Below are positions 60,781 through 64,000 of a DNA stretch of 64,000 bases, one piece after another. Below the pieces are notes generated by a model that was not told the origin of the DNA, did not search any database, and was given only the letters and a program-made list of their open reading frames with translations. The first letter of the stretch is position 1; each line of letters opens with the position of its first letter. Location: the NCBI GenBank assembly GCA_964016885.1, contig OZ024743.1, forward strand, positions 346,332,001 through 346,396,000, in the 5' to 3' direction. A program made the translations under genes and the position numbers. Source of the DNA: Eledone cirrhosa (lineage: Eukaryota).

Positions 60781-61429
60781 CATTGTTGATTCAAAAGTAC
60801 TTAATCAGTAAGCACCGTTTATATAATGGATATGAGTAGTATGGTGGCTACATGGTGGTGGTTGACGTTGTAATGTCTTGTATCGTAATAGTTAATATAA
60901 AGTATTACGCAAAAACGATAACCGCGCGAAACATACATTAAATGTTGTCTCCTGCAAAAAAAGTAAAAAAAGAAAAAGACCTCAAAAATAATTTTGTACA
61001 TTTATACAAGATCAGGCATTCTTGGAGAGAGATTATTCGACTAAATAGATCGCATTACTTGAATGGAACATTTTATCGACCCGAAAAGGTTAAATTCTGA
61101 AGTTGACCTCAATGATATAAGCTGAAGGGGTTAAAGGCAAAATTAACTTCGACGAGTTTTGTGTGAAATGAGCCGTGACAAATACTGCATTCAATATCGA
61201 GGGTCTAGCGACATTTTAAATACGCAGCTTCCTCACTAATAACAGCTTGAGTAATACGGACTGGCGTGTTTGTTAGCGTGAGACGCTATGGTGGCGCTTT
61301 TGACACGATCATTGTAAAGTGTGTACGTGTAGCTATATAGAAGCAGAAGAGAAACCTGGCCATAGCAGATGTAGTTGAGGTGATATTATTCGTTTCGGGA
61401 GGTTGATGTTGTTGTTTATATTGTTTAAT

Positions 61430-62078
61430 CCCAGGTCATCTTTGATTGAGCAGACCTATCAAAAGGATGCCTGCCGCGATCAATCTGTGTTACTCTTATG
61501 CAAAGAAACCCGAGCTGGGAGGGGAAGCCTGCAGCATCCAAGCTATGCTTTATTATCTCGTTGAGAGCAGTATGGCGTGGAAGGTGACCATTAGTGTAAC
61601 GACGAGAAAGCGGATGCAAGCCGAAAAAGCCCACGGTGGATCCGCAGTGACATTTGTGTGGTTCACAGATGCGTAGGACACGCCTCAAGGAAACCCCGAT
61701 GCGCAGGCTCTCGTTGTCCAACTGCGTGCCTGTAGAGCAGGAGGGTAACGCATGGAGCCAGGCTCTGGTGTGGGGTTGCGAGGCCGCGCGAAAACATGTA
61801 AGGTGGTGCTGGTCGAGCTGGTGCGCTAGTCTGTCTGAGGCCAGGGTACACTGGACGGCATCCAAAATACTCGGGGGGGGGGCTGATGTTAACAGGGCAG
61901 AGAAGAAAGGACGTCTACTGGGCGGAGAAGAAAGGACGTCTACTGGGCGAAGTCCAAGCCGGTTCCACGTCTTGCAGGTGACCTCACGTTCCTCGATCAC
62001 AGTGGGCTCCATTTAGCAGAACCTTATTGATGAGGACGCGGCATATGGTTACCGACGAATGAAACGCCGGCAAAGTCA
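61430..62078 (-). mobile_element. CRE-clade LINE fragment
   Basis: RAWLHALPSCSTGTQLDNESLRIGVSLR..CHCG..HPLS..GHLPRHTALNEIIKHSLDAAGFPS (CRE zinc finger region). Confidence 0.85.
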
Positions 62079-62136
62079 GCCACCTTACCTGTTAGATATG
62101 GTGGCCTTGGCCACCATATCTAACAGGTAAGTTGGC
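62079..62136. repeat. 58-bp near-perfect palindrome
   Basis: gccaccttacctgttagatatggtggcc-tt-ggccaccatatctaacaggtaagttggc; one mismatch. Confidence 0.95.
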
Positions 62137-62389
62137 CTATTGCAATCCAAGGTCGTAAACCTGACGTTGCATATCTCCTCAGCATGGCGAAGCAATTCCT
62201 CAACAGGATGAGGGTTGGATGGGTGTAAAGGAAATCACATACACAAGGGTTGGACATTTGATTCATTTGATTCTCCTTTTGCTTTACTCCACTTTTCAAA
62301 TCAAACGTTCACTCTTCGCGGGTGCTCTAGGAACATAATGCTCGTGAATACCGGGGGACAGCTGTAAACATACACACACACATACATAA

Positions 62390-62442
<53 letters not shown>

Positions 62443-62714
62443 AATATGTACATATATGTCTTGTTATTGCTAGAGATGACGATGGTGATGGTAAACATAC
62501 AATTGCTGTTTGGTGGGGCGGGGAGTGTTATTGTTGTTAATAATGGTGGAGTTGGTATCCTTGATGGTTGTGGTAGTAGTGGTGATGATGAAGGCGCGGT
62601 ATGTTAGATGTTGAGATGTTGTTGTTCAGTCCTGGGTTAAACTTAAAGGGACCTATGTATAAAAGGCATTTAAGAATAGTGTTTCGTATGAACGATAACA
62701 GGCCGCCGTGGACA

Positions 62715-62912
62715 CAGCATGGCTGAATAGTTAAGAGTTACGCTTCACAATCATAAGGTCTCCAGTTCATTCCCATTGCCTTTCCTCTTGAAAAAGTGTT
62801 ATTTATCCCGCCGAGGTTGACTTTGCCTTTCATCCTTACGGGGTCGATAAAATAAAGTACCAGCAATGCACTGGGTAATTGCTGGCCTTGTGCCTAAAGT
62901 AGAAACAGTTAT
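62715..62912 (+). mobile_element. SINE with alternative tRNA-like head
   Basis: gcatggctgaatagttaagag..gttcattccc head joined to the family core and tail at about 62805. Confidence 0.75.
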
Positions 62913-64000
62913 TTATCATAGCGTCAAATCGCCCATGATTTGTAAGTAAAATAAAGAGGTGGAACCTGTTTGGAAGCCCAGTGGAAGTCCATACTTGGAA
63001 GATCGTGTTATTCAAAGGACCATCCATAATACACACAGTATGACTTCGAATCACCTTGATGATTACGTCAAGGGAACACGTGTTTGTGGAATGCTCAGCC
63101 ACTTACACGTGAATTTCATAAGAAGGCTGTTCCGTTGATAGAATACCTGGAACATTCATTATCCAAACTGAAAGAGTTCAATTCGATAGATCAGCTGGAA
63201 ATGGGATAGGACTGATAGCACTAACACCCCCACACAATTGAGCATTTCAACGTGGCGCTAATTGTTCTTTGGATGTAGGTATTGATAACTTTTGTTATAT
63301 ATTCATTAGTTTTTACATGATGTTTGTGTGTTAAGTGTTTGCTGTTGTTTTTGTTATTTCTGTTGTAGTTGTTTTGGATGTTGGTTGTTGTGGTGCTGTT
63401 AATGTTGTTGGTAACGTTAGTCACCAATTTAGTGTCTAGAGTTTGTGGTTGGGGTGATGGAAGGAGTGGTTGTGTTGAGGGTGAGAATTGTGGTGGTGGT
63501 GGTTGTTAAATTAATTAACACTTCTTCTAAATATGATTGTTCCGAGGCTGTCAGTATCGCTCTTAATATACTGTATACAATTGGTACTACCGAATTCTAT
63601 GCGACTATTTGGGAAGAGATGGTGGTCTGATGGAGGAGAGAGTGGTGTGTTTTTGTCGTTATTTTTGCTGGTTTTATAGTATTGTTTGTATCGTTGGTCT
63701 CTAATTTAATGTTTAGGTGGTCGTGTGAGTTGTTTGCTTTGTTTTGTGGTAGTGTTGGTGATGATGATCATGGTGGTGATGGTGGTGGTGTTATTGGTGG
63801 TGTTGGCGGTGGTGTTGATAATGGTGGTACTGGTGTTGGTGTTAGTCGATGGTGATGATGATGGTAATGTGGACTGTTTTAGGTGGTGAGAGGGTTAGCT
63901 TAAACAGTTGGTCATTTCCGTTGGTGTCAATGTATAGGTCAAAATAAAAGCCGAACTGTCAAATACTACACTACTAGTGACGACATGTCAGACATGCACG

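Overview
Eukaryotic, AT-rich, microsatellite-saturated DNA ((TA)n, (CA)n, (GA)n, (GATA)n, (ATT)n) with no supportable host gene. The SINE family and repeat landscape resemble an octopus/cephalopod genome (inference). Almost all ORFs in the track are microsatellite artefacts. Real coding remnants are all retroelement fragments: four Penelope-like elements (PLE; RT/GIY-YIG), two Tx1/L1-like 3' fragments in (GATA)n, R4/Dong-like fragments in (TAA)n, two CRE-like fragments and RTE pieces. There are also about 15 tRNA-derived SINEs, a Helitron/HINE-like element, an LTR-like repeat and a 22x34-bp minisatellite. The main signal: the short unique-looking islands between (TA)n runs are PLE pseudo-LTR-type modules carrying type I hammerhead ribozyme motifs. 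I folded about 25 by hand from at least 12 families. They include U3-A8 compensatory cores, a U4A family and stem II arms up to about 105 nt. Many sit in fold-back palindromes whose centres or breakpoints fall at or just 5' of the ribozyme. All folds are manual and untested, and coordinates are approximate to a few bases.
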